A stretch of 64,000 nt of DNA from an uncultured Clostridia bacterium (GTDB lineage: Bacteria; Bacillota; Clostridia; Oscillospirales; Acutalibacteraceae). The notes beneath the pieces were generated by a model. That model was not told where the DNA came from and did not search any database. It saw nothing but the letters and a program-made list of their open reading frames with translations. Of this stretch, positions 26,401-34,132 are shown piece by piece. A program made the translations under genes and the position numbers. The DNA is taken from assembly GCA_946185345.1 (NCBI GenBank), contig CAMHJC010000001.1:486-64485 (forward strand), given 5' to 3'. Position 1 is the stretch's first letter; the number at the start of each line of letters is the position of its first letter.

Positions 26401-28042
26401 CCACTTCCGTGTGAACCGCCAGCGTCTTGCTCATGGAGAATATGATGAAATAAGGAGATGTGTCCTTGAGATCATTCTCATTCATGGCAATGCGGGCCTC
26501 GACAATATTCTCAAGATAGGCGGAAAGTTCCTTCGCCTCGTTGTTGTTGGTGGCGATAAAGCGGAATTTATTGTCGTCGTTCCAGACATGCGGGAGCCAT
26601 TTGACAAATCCGAATTCATCCTCATCATCAATGTCATACAGGAACACCAGCTTGACTTCGTCATAGCTGTAGAGAGCCGACAGCTGAATAATCAGTCCCT
26701 TGGCGAATTCAGCCGCCTGCTGCTTCTGGCCTATGATACCCGAAATGTGATCTTCCGCCAGTGAATAGGTAATGGGTATGTTGTGAAGCTCCTTGGGTCT
26801 TTCGCACAGGATGTACATTTCCTCTTCCAGAATGTCGTCATCCGTGGAGAACCTGCGTTCGGAATAGGAAAACTCGGCGTCAAGAAGTCCGCTGCCGTGG
26901 CCGACTCTCACTCTGAGAAAATCATTCTGTCCCGGAGCGCGTTCCCACAGATTTCTCTGGACGTTTCTGATGCGGTTTTCACACTCCCCGACGGTAATGC
27001 AGTTCTCATTGAGGATGGAAACCTGTTCCTGGCTCGCCTCGTTGATTTTAACGGAGAGATGATTGAGGTATTCCCTGTATTTTTTCTGCCGGATGACTTC
27101 CTTTTCCTTTTTCCTCCGGCGCTCATATGTCTTGATCAGCATCGGCATGAGCAGCGTGCCGATCATCATGCTTCCGCCCATTACCATAGACATCACATTG
27201 CCGGTAATCGCGGCGTTTGTCACTGTCACTACCGACATCATGCCCATGGCCATCGAGGAACCGATCACCAGAGGCCACGGCATTTCCTCCGTAACGGGAC
27301 TGCTGGGAGGAGAATCAATTTTGAATTCCGCCGTTTCAATGTCTCTCTTGAATCTCGGGGAACGGTAAAAGAAATCCGGATCCCTGAGCTCGTATTCCTC
27401 CTCGTCATCCGACTCGGCTACCGGCTGGCTGATATACCGCTGCAGCTTGGCCGAAGCGGTAACCCTGCCGTCAGGATTATTAAATGCGATAAAATTCTTT
27501 CCTATTATAATCTTAAGGCCCATAATAAAGACCACATCGCCCACATAAAGCTCCGCTTTTTCTATTCTGGCCTTATTGACGAATGTTCCGTTGGTACTGC
27601 CGTTGTCAAAGATGTACCAGTGGCCGGACTTATAGGACAGCACCGCATGCCCGGAAGAAACAAAACTGTTGCTGAAACAGATATCGTTGCGCTCGTTTCT
27701 TCCTATAAAGATATCGACATCGTTTTCCACCAGATATTTGCTGAATTCCTGTCTGTCATCGGTAACAGGCTCGGTAAACACAAAAATCTTTTCTTTATTC
27801 TGCTTGGAAAGCACGTAAATACTCATGGGCTTTGCCACTGTATTCTTAAGCACGTTCTCCTTGCCGTCAGTCACCTTTACGGTGCGGTTTGACTTGAGCA
27901 CCCACTTGTCGCTGATGCCTTCAATGCCCACCAGTCTCATCGGGCCATTATCGGTTTCCTCATACAGCCAGTATCTGCCGGTAATTTTGTCAGGCAGCGA
28001 CACCGTATTCAGATATGACTTGGTAATCGTAGTAACAATCAT
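23489..28042 (-). CDS. essC: EssC/YukB-type FtsK-SpoIIIE T7SS ATPase with N-terminal FHA domains
   Basis: N-terminal FHA (GRNERNDICF...SSGHA...STNGTFVN), then 2 TM helices, then three P-loop ATPase domains (GMTGSGKSEF, GVAGSGKTTF, and a degenerate third). ATG 28042 is preferred (MIVTTITKSYL...; GGAGAAG upstream). The track start is 28114. Confidence 0.9.
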   Translation of the reverse strand: MIVTTITKSYLNTVSLPDKITGRYWLYEETDNGPMRLVGIEGISDKWVLKSNRTVKVTDGKENVLKNTVAKPMSIYVLSKQNKEKIFVFTEPVTDDRQEFSKYLVENDVDIFIGRNERNDICFSNSFVSSGHAVLSYKSGHWYIFDNGSTNGTFVNKARIEKAELYVGDVVFIMGLKIIIGKNFIAFNNPDGRVTASAKLQRYISQPVAESDDEEEYELRDPDFFYRSPRFKRDIETAEFKIDSPPSSPVTEEMPWPLVIGSSMAMGMMSVVTVTNAAITGNVMSMVMGGSMMIGTLLMPMLIKTYERRRKKEKEVIRQKKYREYLNHLSVKINEASQEQVSILNENCITVGECENRIRNVQRNLWERAPGQNDFLRVRVGHGSGLLDAEFSYSERRFSTDDDILEEEMYILCERPKELHNIPITYSLAEDHISGIIGQKQQAAEFAKGLIIQLSALYSYDEVKLVFLYDIDDEDEFGFVKWLPHVWNDDNKFRFIATNNNEAKELSAYLENIVEARIAMNENDLKDTSPYFIIFSMSKTLAVHTEVVKQVLAKKENLNISVISIYDELKDLPKECSMVVELSGNRARLFDKNDISGKSTEFFPDIKPLQDPLDLSVRLANITLDNSATSFKLPRTLTFLEMFGVGMVEHLNALARWRDNDPTKSLEAAVGVDTLGETFKLDLHEKFHGPHGLVAGMTGSGKSEFIITYILSLAVNYHPNEVAFILIDYKGGGMAKSFEHLPHTAGIITNLDGAAIKRSLVSIESELKRRQAIFADASKKVGVSNIDIYKYQKLYREGTVEEPLQHLFIISDEFAELKTQQPEFMTQLVSAARIGRSLGVHLILATQKPSGVVDDQIWSNSKFRVCLKVQERADSMDMLKRPDAAELTDTGRFYLQVGYNELFELGQSAWSGAPYYPSETVVKEKDNSVAVIDRNGHVIKEVKPGRKNAGGNAKKQLDVITEYLKKTAEEEGIKIRPLWLEPIPAVIMMEDVKKKYSVVSERFKLNPVIGELDDPANQRQCVLRLPISEEGNAVVYGVAGSGKTTFLNAMIYSLIHEHTPDEVNLYILDFASETLRAFADAPHVGDVILSYEAEKVGNLFKMLLEETGRRKKLFANYGGDYSSYIGTSGETLPSIVVAINNFSAFTETYSDREEAVAFLSREGTKYGIYFVLTALGTTSVKFRMLQNFKQLLVMQLNDESDYSSVVGKTEGLYPAKIKGRGLIRQEALYEFQAASLTDESVPFAFIRDDCRKVSASWKGEVAKRVPILPEKVDVEFLRGYIRPNDRIRIPVGMEKSTLNVCYYPFGAAYINMVHSSGNEYQDFIADFAELAGTTEVVKGVVFDAPKSVSVPTGTLTLCNSAKDCESEVRKLFDLVLYRNNTYKDALAAGQDPEAFESVFVIINSLAALKGVLSQDANERLSLILEKGSVDYRINIVIAEQINAISAVSYEKWYKQNVSQVDGIWIGNGFSDQFYLKPTTMTPELRKPIGSGFGYVMQKGKCVKIKLLKSKTEEEDAE

Positions 28043-28530
28043 TATACCTGCTTCTCCAATCGCAACTATCAGTATGAACGACGTACAATCATACAACGCA
28101 TTATTCAGAGACATGCTTATACATTCTCAATTTTATATTTTACATCGAGTTGCCAAAAATGTCAATATCTTTATAAAAGAAAGCATAATGTCGTAATTAT
28201 CGCAAGACTTCACTTATTAGACATAATTCACTCAATAAATACTGCTCAAATTTTAATAATCAAACTAACAAATCATCTTCAGACTTTCCTTTTTCTGCGG
28301 ATTAATCAAAAAAAAGCAATCAAAATCCGGCGATATTTTTGCACAGTGTCATATATCTTCGCTGTTTCCCATAGTTGCGTTTTTACAATCGGCTAGTTAA
28401 TTCATGAAAAAGAGGTGCGGTTTACCATCATTATTCATTTTTCAGTCTTAAGTTTTCCGTCTTAAGTTGGAAAATCCTGTCTTGGAAACCGAAGAATGAA
28501 AACTTAAAACTTAAAAAAGAATAATACAAA

Positions 28531-28570
28531 GCAAAAAATCCCATCGACGTTAGTCGACAGGATTTTTTGC
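28531..28570. terminator. Bidirectional hairpin terminator downstream of the tRNA cluster
   Basis: GCAAAAAATCC...TCGAC-GTTA-GTCGA...GGATTTTTTGC, with A/T runs on both sides. Confidence 0.6.
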
Positions 28571-28572
28571 TT

Positions 28573-28665
28573 TGGCGGAGAAGGAGGGATTTGAACCCTC
28601 GCGCCAGCGATTAACCAGCCTACTCCCTTAGCAGGGGAGCCTCGTCACCACTTGAGTACTTCTCC
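28573..28665 (-). tRNA. tRNA-Ser (anticodon GCT)
   Basis: Manual cloverleaf: acceptor GGAGAAG/CTTCTCC, anticodon arm CTCCC-CTGCTAA-GGGAG, long variable arm, T-arm GAGGG-TTCAAAT-CCCTC, encoded CCA. Confidence 0.9.
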
Positions 28666-28711
28666 GAATGTGCTGACACAAAGTCAATATTATTAAATAA
28701 AAGAAAGGGTG

Positions 28712-28800
28712 TGGCGGAGGGGAAGGGATTCGAACCCTTGGTAGGTTGCCCTATCACTAGTTTTCAAGACTAGCTCCTTAAACCGCTCGGACACCCCTCC
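28712..28800 (-). tRNA. tRNA-Ser (anticodon TGA)
   Basis: Acceptor GGAGGGG/CCCCTCC, anticodon arm CTAGT-CTTGAAA-ACTAG, long variable arm, TTCGAAT T-loop, encoded CCA. Confidence 0.9.
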
Positions 28801-28805
28801 ATAGT

Positions 28806-28892
28806 TGGTGCGGATAACAGGACTTGAACCTGCATGAACTTGCATTCACTAGAACCTGAATCTAGCGCGTCTGCCAATTCCGCCATATCCGC
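28806..28892 (-). tRNA. tRNA-Leu (anticodon CAG)
   Basis: Acceptor GCGGATA/TATCCGC, anticodon arm CTAGA-TTCAGGT-TCTAG, long variable arm, TTCAAGT T-loop, encoded CCA. Confidence 0.9.
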
Positions 28893-28953
28893 ATAAAGTG
28901 GCTAACCCGGTTTGCTCTAACTCAGTTAGTCGCTAACTCAGTTAGCAAGAATT

Positions 28954-28982
28954 ATATTATCATACCGCAGGCGATTTGTCAA
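28954..28982 (-). promoter_or_regulatory. Sigma-A type promoter of the tRNA cluster
   Basis: On the minus strand, TTGACA (28982-28977), a 17-nt spacer, then TAATAT (28959-28954). Confidence 0.6.
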
Positions 28983-29128
28983 GGTTTTTTTTTAAATTTA
29001 TCCGATAATTTTTTTGTGTGCCAAAAGGTTAAATCATAATTATTTGAACTAAGTTTACATATTCGTAATAAAGCAGTCCAAAAACTGTGCCATAATGTTT
29101 TATATAATGTAAATTGAGGGGCAGAATA

Positions 29129-30079
29129 TTGTTCGGATATGTACGCATTTTTAAACCGCAATTGAGAATATGCGAATATGAAACCTATCGCTCTGTGTAC
29201 TGCACGCTGTGCAGGCATCTCGGAAAGCAGATGGGGCCGGTTTCCAGACTGCTGCTCAATTACGACTACACATTCATGACCATGCTCATGATCGCGCTCA
29301 GCGGTGAAAAGCCGGAGTTTGTTCCGGGCAGATGCGCCGTGAATCCAGCCAAGAAATGCGGCCTGTGCCGGACGCACAATGACGCTTTTGCGTACACCTC
29401 GGCGCTCACCGCCATCATGTTCTATTATAAACTCAAAGACAACATCAGGGATTCCTCTCCCGGCAAGCGGCTCTTATGGCGTACTCTGACGCCTTATGCC
29501 TCGCATGTGCGCAAAAAAGCCAGTAAGCTTTATCCGCAGGAGGACGCCCTGGTCAGCGAATACATAACACGGCAGTTCGAGGCGGAGAGCAAAGCCGTCC
29601 CGGGCGGGGAACTGGTGATTGACGAGCTTTGTGAACCGACCGCCGATGTGATTTCCTCATTTGCCGTCAGACTCTCCGACAGGGAAAGCGACAAGGTGAT
29701 TTTAAAGCACTTCGGGTATTTTCTGGGCCGGTGGATCTACATGATAGACGCACTGGACGACCTGAAGGACGACCTGGAGGACGGCTCCTTCAATCCGCTT
29801 GTACTTAAATTCGGCCTCACTCCCGAAGACGCCGCCACGAAGAGCGAACGCTGGGAGCAGGCCAGATGCTACGGCAATGACAGCCTCAACATGTCGGCCG
29901 CCCAGGCGGTCAAGTATTACGAACTGCTTGATCTAGGCGAATTCAAACCCATCACCGACAATATCATGTATCTCGGCATCTCCGAGGCACAGCGAACCGC
30001 ACTGTTTCCGCCTGCCAAAAAAAGGCGCAGACGTTCAGATAAGAATCAAATTGATACAGGAGTTGAAGAAAATGAATGA
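29129..30079 (+). CDS. DUF5685-like protein (MFGYV... N-terminus, Cys-containing)
   Basis: TTG 29129 follows GAGGGG; the track start is 29114. The N-terminus [31 protein letters not shown] matches my recollection of the DUF5685 family, which is commonly adjacent to a J-domain protein. Confidence 0.6.
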   Translation: MFGYVRIFKPQLRICEYETYRSVYCTLCRHLGKQMGPVSRLLLNYDYTFMTMLMIALSGEKPEFVPGRCAVNPAKKCGLCRTHNDAFAYTSALTAIMFYYKLKDNIRDSSPGKRLLWRTLTPYASHVRKKASKLYPQEDALVSEYITRQFEAESKAVPGGELVIDELCEPTADVISSFAVRLSDRESDKVILKHFGYFLGRWIYMIDALDDLKDDLEDGSFNPLVLKFGLTPEDAATKSERWEQARCYGNDSLNMSAAQAVKYYELLDLGEFKPITDNIMYLGISEAQRTALFPPAKKRRRRSDKNQIDTGVEENE

Positions 30080-30740
30080 TCCATATTCCGTACTGGGTGT
30101 TTCTCCGAACGCATCCGATGACGAGGTAAAGACAGCCTACAGAAACCTCGCCAAAAAGTATCACCCCGACAATTACGCCAATACCCCGGACGTTGCCGAG
30201 CTTGCCGCCGAGAAGATGTCACAGGTCAACGAAGCCTATGACATGATTGTCACGTCACGCAAAAACGGCACACCTGTCGGCGGTTCCTCCTCCAATGCCG
30301 GCACAAGCGGCACCAAAACCGCCAACGATCACAGCTCCTTCTCCGGCACGCAGCACACGGATTTTGCCGATGTGCGCAACCTTTTCAGCGCAGGCAGAAT
30401 CACCGACGCGGAAATGGTGCTCGACGGCGTGCCTAATTCCCGCAGAAACGCCGAATGGTATTTCCTCAAGGGAAGCGTGCTTTACCGCAGGGGCTGGATT
30501 GATCAGGCATACGCCTACTTCCAGACAGCCGTCAACAAGGCTCCCAACAACGCCGAATATCGCGCTGCCTACACGCAGGTTTCACAGCAGCGCACCGGAA
30601 GGACTGCCGGCTACAACTACAACAACGGCGGCGGTTCCTCCTGCGCAAGCGGCTGCGGTCCCTGCTCCACCTGTATGGGTCTGCTCTGTGCCGACTCCTG
30701 CTGCGAATGCTTCGGCGGCGACCTCATCACCTGCTGCTGA
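30072..30740 (+). CDS. J-domain protein with TPR-like middle and Cys-rich C-terminal tail
   Basis: J domain is [31 protein letters not shown]. The tail [34 protein letters not shown] has 10 Cys in 33 aa. ATG 30072 follows AGGAG. Confidence 0.85.
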   Translation: MNDPYSVLGVSPNASDDEVKTAYRNLAKKYHPDNYANTPDVAELAAEKMSQVNEAYDMIVTSRKNGTPVGGSSSNAGTSGTKTANDHSSFSGTQHTDFADVRNLFSAGRITDAEMVLDGVPNSRRNAEWYFLKGSVLYRRGWIDQAYAYFQTAVNKAPNNAEYRAAYTQVSQQRTGRTAGYNYNNGGGSSCASGCGPCSTCMGLLCADSCCECFGGDLITCC

Positions 30741-30814
30741 GCCTTCGGCAAATCTGTTTTTCATCGCAAATCATTTACCAAGGCAGCACCGTGCGGATTG
30801 TACGGTGTTGCCTT

Positions 30815-30980
30815 ATACTAATTTTCGGCTAAAATCAGACTTTCTTTGCGGCCTATTTTGCGCCGTCCTAGGCAGGCGCCAGCCTGCCGTCGTCCTGCTG
30901 TCGACGAGTCGACAGCTATTCCTTGCAGGACACAAAATATCCTCGCAAATAATTGTCTACTTTCAACCGAAAATTAGTAT
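30815..30980 (+). mobile_element. MITE-like structured intergenic repeat, copy 2 (short form, 166 bp)
   Basis: Same termini and internal hairpins as copy 1. It lacks a 13-nt segment (CTGCGGCGTCATC) present in copies 1 and 3. Confidence 0.85.
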
Positions 30981-31004
30981 TAATTTTTAGAGGAGGTACC
31001 TTTT

Positions 31005-31547
31005 ATGAATTCAGGCTCTGTTTCCTCCAAAATTGCACTGTGCGGAATATTAACCGCACTGAGCGTTGCGGCAATGATTGTCGCTGGATTTATGGGAATC
31101 CTGACCTACGCTGCGCCGATGATCGCCGGAGGAGTGCTGATCGTGCCGGTGAGGCAATACGGAACCGGCACGGCGCTCACTATGTTTGCCGCCGTATCGC
31201 TGCTGGGTCTGATGCTTATTCCCGACAAGGAGATGGCTCTGTTTTATCTGCTGCTTTTCGGGCATTACCCCGTCATTCAGCCTTTGCTCAACCGGATCAA
31301 CAAAAAGCCGCCCAGGGTTCTGGTAAAGGCTTTGGTATTCAACTGCGGTGCGGTGCTTTCCGTTCTGCTGGCAAAGCTGATTTTTGCCGTGCCGGTTTTT
31401 GATTCCGATAAGCCGGTATGGATACTGGCGGCGGCCTATCTGATTGCCGCCAATGTCTGCTTTGCGTTGTACGACCGCGCACTGCTGGGTTTTTATACGC
31501 TGTACGACGTGCGGATAGGCCCTTTGCTCAACAAGCTTTTCAAATAA
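31005..31547 (+). CDS. Polytopic membrane protein (function unknown; possibly a small-molecule transporter component)
   Basis: 180 aa, about 5 TM helices, strong RBS AGAGGAGG. No confident family assignment. Confidence 0.6.
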   Translation: MNSGSVSSKIALCGILTALSVAAMIVAGFMGILTYAAPMIAGGVLIVPVRQYGTGTALTMFAAVSLLGLMLIPDKEMALFYLLLFGHYPVIQPLLNRINKKPPRVLVKALVFNCGAVLSVLLAKLIFAVPVFDSDKPVWILAAAYLIAANVCFALYDRALLGFYTLYDVRIGPLLNKLFK

Positions 31548-31554
31548 ACAGACA

Positions 31555-31597
31555 GACGGGCGGATTTCGGTTGATTCCGGAATCCGCCCGTCCTTTG
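31555..31597. terminator. Bidirectional terminator between convergent genes
   Basis: Stem GACGGGCGGATT (31555-31566) pairs with AATCCGCCCGTC (31581-31592). T-rich sequence follows. Confidence 0.75.
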
Positions 31598-31598
31598 A

Positions 31599-32588
31599 TT
31601 ATTTGTATTTTTTGGCGACCTGCTCGGCTCTTACGAGATAGCTGAAGCCTTTTGCCATCAGGGATCCGCTCACACGGAGCCGGTTCAGCTGAAGGAAATC
31701 ATCTCCCCGTCTCACCACTCCGCTGGTTGTGGTAAACGCCAGACGGAATCCGGCCTGTCTGAGTATTTCCTTTGAATTTCCTCCGTAGGTGCCGTACGGA
31801 TAGGCGAAGTATTTGGATCCGTTCAGTTTTGCGGAGGATTTTTTCAGATCCTTCACACCCGCTTCCACCGACACGCCCTGCATCATTCCCCTGTTGGTGG
31901 GAACGCCGCCGCTCTCGACGGTACCCTTGTGCATATTGTGGGTATGAGAATGAAGCTCCACATTCGGCAGAGTGAGTTTGTAGGGAAGATTCTTGCGCCA
32001 TCCGGTAATGACAAAGGATGTGGCGACAAATCCGTACTTGTGAAGCTCCGGCTGAAGCAGATCGAAGAAATTATCCTGTCCGTCATCCGAAGTAAGCAGC
32101 ACGCATTTGGCAGGAATTTCAATATTGCCCTGGAGCCATTCGTAAAGCTCGTCCATGGTCAGGGTGACATATCCGTTTTCCCATAGCCACTGAAGGTGAG
32201 TTTTCACCGCCTGAATGGCATGGCTGTTATTACCTTTGGTCGGTTTTTCCGTGGCGGCGTCGTAAAAGAAGTGGTACATCAGCACCGGAACGAAATCCGC
32301 TTTCGGGCCGTTATACCCGCGGAAACGCTGGACATATTCCGGTTCTCTGGGAACAAAATCAGAGTCAAACGCCGACTGCTCCATCGAAATATCAGAGCCG
32401 GAAACAATCCCGCAGCACAGAAGCGCCATTCTGTCGGCAGCGCTTCGGGCGTCTTTTGACCCGTCCGGGAGACCGCCTTCAGAGGCAGCCGAGACATGTC
32501 CCGTGAAAATCACCCCGCAAACGGCAAATATCGCCGCCGCAAGAGTGATGGCGGTGAAAAACGCCGCAGATTTATTCTTCATATTCAT
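31599..32588 (-). CDS. Polysaccharide deacetylase (NodB homology) family protein, membrane-anchored/secreted
   Basis: N-terminal TM/signal sequence. Motifs LTSDDGQDN and HSHTHNMH. Confidence 0.8.
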   Translation of the reverse strand: MNMKNKSAAFFTAITLAAAIFAVCGVIFTGHVSAASEGGLPDGSKDARSAADRMALLCCGIVSGSDISMEQSAFDSDFVPREPEYVQRFRGYNGPKADFVPVLMYHFFYDAATEKPTKGNNSHAIQAVKTHLQWLWENGYVTLTMDELYEWLQGNIEIPAKCVLLTSDDGQDNFFDLLQPELHKYGFVATSFVITGWRKNLPYKLTLPNVELHSHTHNMHKGTVESGGVPTNRGMMQGVSVEAGVKDLKKSSAKLNGSKYFAYPYGTYGGNSKEILRQAGFRLAFTTTSGVVRRGDDFLQLNRLRVSGSLMAKGFSYLVRAEQVAKKYK

Positions 32589-32634
32589 ACATCCCCCTTA
32601 ATCCGGATAATTCCCGGCCGATAAATCGGCCTGA

Positions 32635-33369
32635 TCATACAACATATCCGCCGTTCGGACAGAGCACCTGACCCGTGATGAAGGAGGCTTCGTCCGATGA
32701 CAGAAAGTAAATCGCCCTGGCCACTTCCTCAGGAGTGCCGAGACGCATAAGCGGCGTGCAATCCGCCAGCTCACGCAGATCCTCCACGCTGAGGTGTGAA
32801 TTCATATCGGTATCAATGACGCCGGGCGCCACACAATTGACCCGTATGCCGCTGGGGCCGACTTCCTGCGCAAGCGCCTTTGTCAGGCCGATCACGGCGG
32901 CTTTAGTGGCGGAATAAAGCGTTTCGCATGACGCTCCTACCTGTCCCCACATGGAGGATAGGTTGACAATGCTGCCGCGATGCTCCCTCAGCATTGACGG
33001 AAGGGCCGCCCTGGCGCAGAGGAACATGCCGTCCACATTGACCGCGAAGGTGGAACGCCATTCGTCATAGTCGATGTCGGTGAAAAGGCTCTGCCGGGCA
33101 ACCGCCGCATTATTGACCAGAATGCCTACGCCGCCAAGCTGCCCGTTGATTTTGTCAAACATGGCGGCGACCTCCTCCGGCCGCGAAACGTCTGCCTTGA
33201 CCGCCATGGCGACTCCGCCGGAAGCGTTGATCTCACGGGCCGCTTCCAGCGCCGGCTCACGGCTGCGGTTGTAATTGATGACGGTCGGGTGTCCTTTGGC
33301 GGCAAAGAGCCGTGCCGCAGCCAGACCGATTCCCCGTGAAGCGCCTGTGACCAGCACTGTCGGTTTCAT
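32635..33369 (-). CDS. SDR-family oxidoreductase (FabG-like 3-oxoacyl-ACP reductase)
   Basis: TGASRGIG, NNAA and the YSATKAA catalytic motif. Confidence 0.85.
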   Translation of the reverse strand: MKPTVLVTGASRGIGLAAARLFAAKGHPTVINYNRSREPALEAAREINASGGVAMAVKADVSRPEEVAAMFDKINGQLGGVGILVNNAAVARQSLFTDIDYDEWRSTFAVNVDGMFLCARAALPSMLREHRGSIVNLSSMWGQVGASCETLYSATKAAVIGLTKALAQEVGPSGIRVNCVAPGVIDTDMNSHLSVEDLRELADCTPLMRLGTPEEVARAIYFLSSDEASFITGQVLCPNGGYVV

Positions 33370-33528
33370 CCGGCACGCCTCCCTCGTTTTTGTTTTGATT
33401 TTTGTTGATTGTTAAACAGTAAAAGCTACGAAAATCAGGGATTTACAGTATTTGAAACAGCAAGCTTTTCTCCATTCAGGGGAAGGCAAAGCTTAAACAT
33501 TTCCCTTATCGGTTGTGCCCTGATTGAT

Positions 33529-34125
33529 TCATTGATGTGATTCTTCTTTGATCAGTTTTTTAAAATCGATCTTCCCGAATCTGCCGAAAAAACGCTCCCT
33601 GTCAAAGCCTTCCGGCTCCAGACGGCGGCACATGAAGCTCATGGTCCAGATATCCTCGGCAACGCCGTCGGTCACAACACCGTCGGAAGTGTAGGATATT
33701 TTGACAAATCCCAGCCGCGTATAGGTGCGGATGGCATTGTAGTTGGAAGCCCGCACCTCCAGACGAATCTCATTGAAGCCGCACTTTTTGGCGTCGTCGA
33801 TGGCGGCGGTCATCAGACGTGATCCCCAGCCGGCGCCCCTGTAGGGTTTGTCGATTCCTACCCCCAGATATCCCACGTCGTCCGGTTCGTCAACACGTCG
33901 CACAATGTCGCACCAGCCGACCGCTCTTGAGTCGGGAGCAATCAGCAGAAACTGTGGATAGCCGCATTCACGGCATGCCCTGATGAATCCGATGATATCC
34001 TCCAGCGGATATCCTCCCGAAATGGACAGGAATTTGCCTTCCCTGGCCACCCGGTCAAATGTCTCGCAGTAGGAAACGGCGTATTTTTCGGAGGAACGCA
34101 CGATCTTAAGCTTGTCCATAATCAA
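33529..34125 (-). CDS. GNAT-family N-acetyltransferase
   Basis: YRGAGWGSRLM acetyl-CoA loop; LEVRASNYNAIRTYTRLGF. Confidence 0.8.
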   Translation of the reverse strand: MIMDKLKIVRSSEKYAVSYCETFDRVAREGKFLSISGGYPLEDIIGFIRACRECGYPQFLLIAPDSRAVGWCDIVRRVDEPDDVGYLGVGIDKPYRGAGWGSRLMTAAIDDAKKCGFNEIRLEVRASNYNAIRTYTRLGFVKISYTSDGVVTDGVAEDIWTMSFMCRRLEPEGFDRERFFGRFGKIDFKKLIKEESHQ

Positions 34126-34132
34126 ATGTCCG

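Noticed and set aside
24101-27892. Plus-strand ORFs antisense to essC (24101-25834, 25889-26764, 26783-27892)
   Set aside because: The opposite strand encodes an unmistakable FtsK/SpoIIIE ATPase with Walker motifs. The antisense products are compositionally odd and lack start contexts.
28115-28900. Idea that the 4-28 kb accessory block is a genomic island integrated at the adjacent tRNA-Ser gene
   Set aside because: No integrase or recombinase gene is present. I saw no duplicated tRNA 3'-end (att-like) sequence at the far end of the block. tRNA proximity alone is insufficient.
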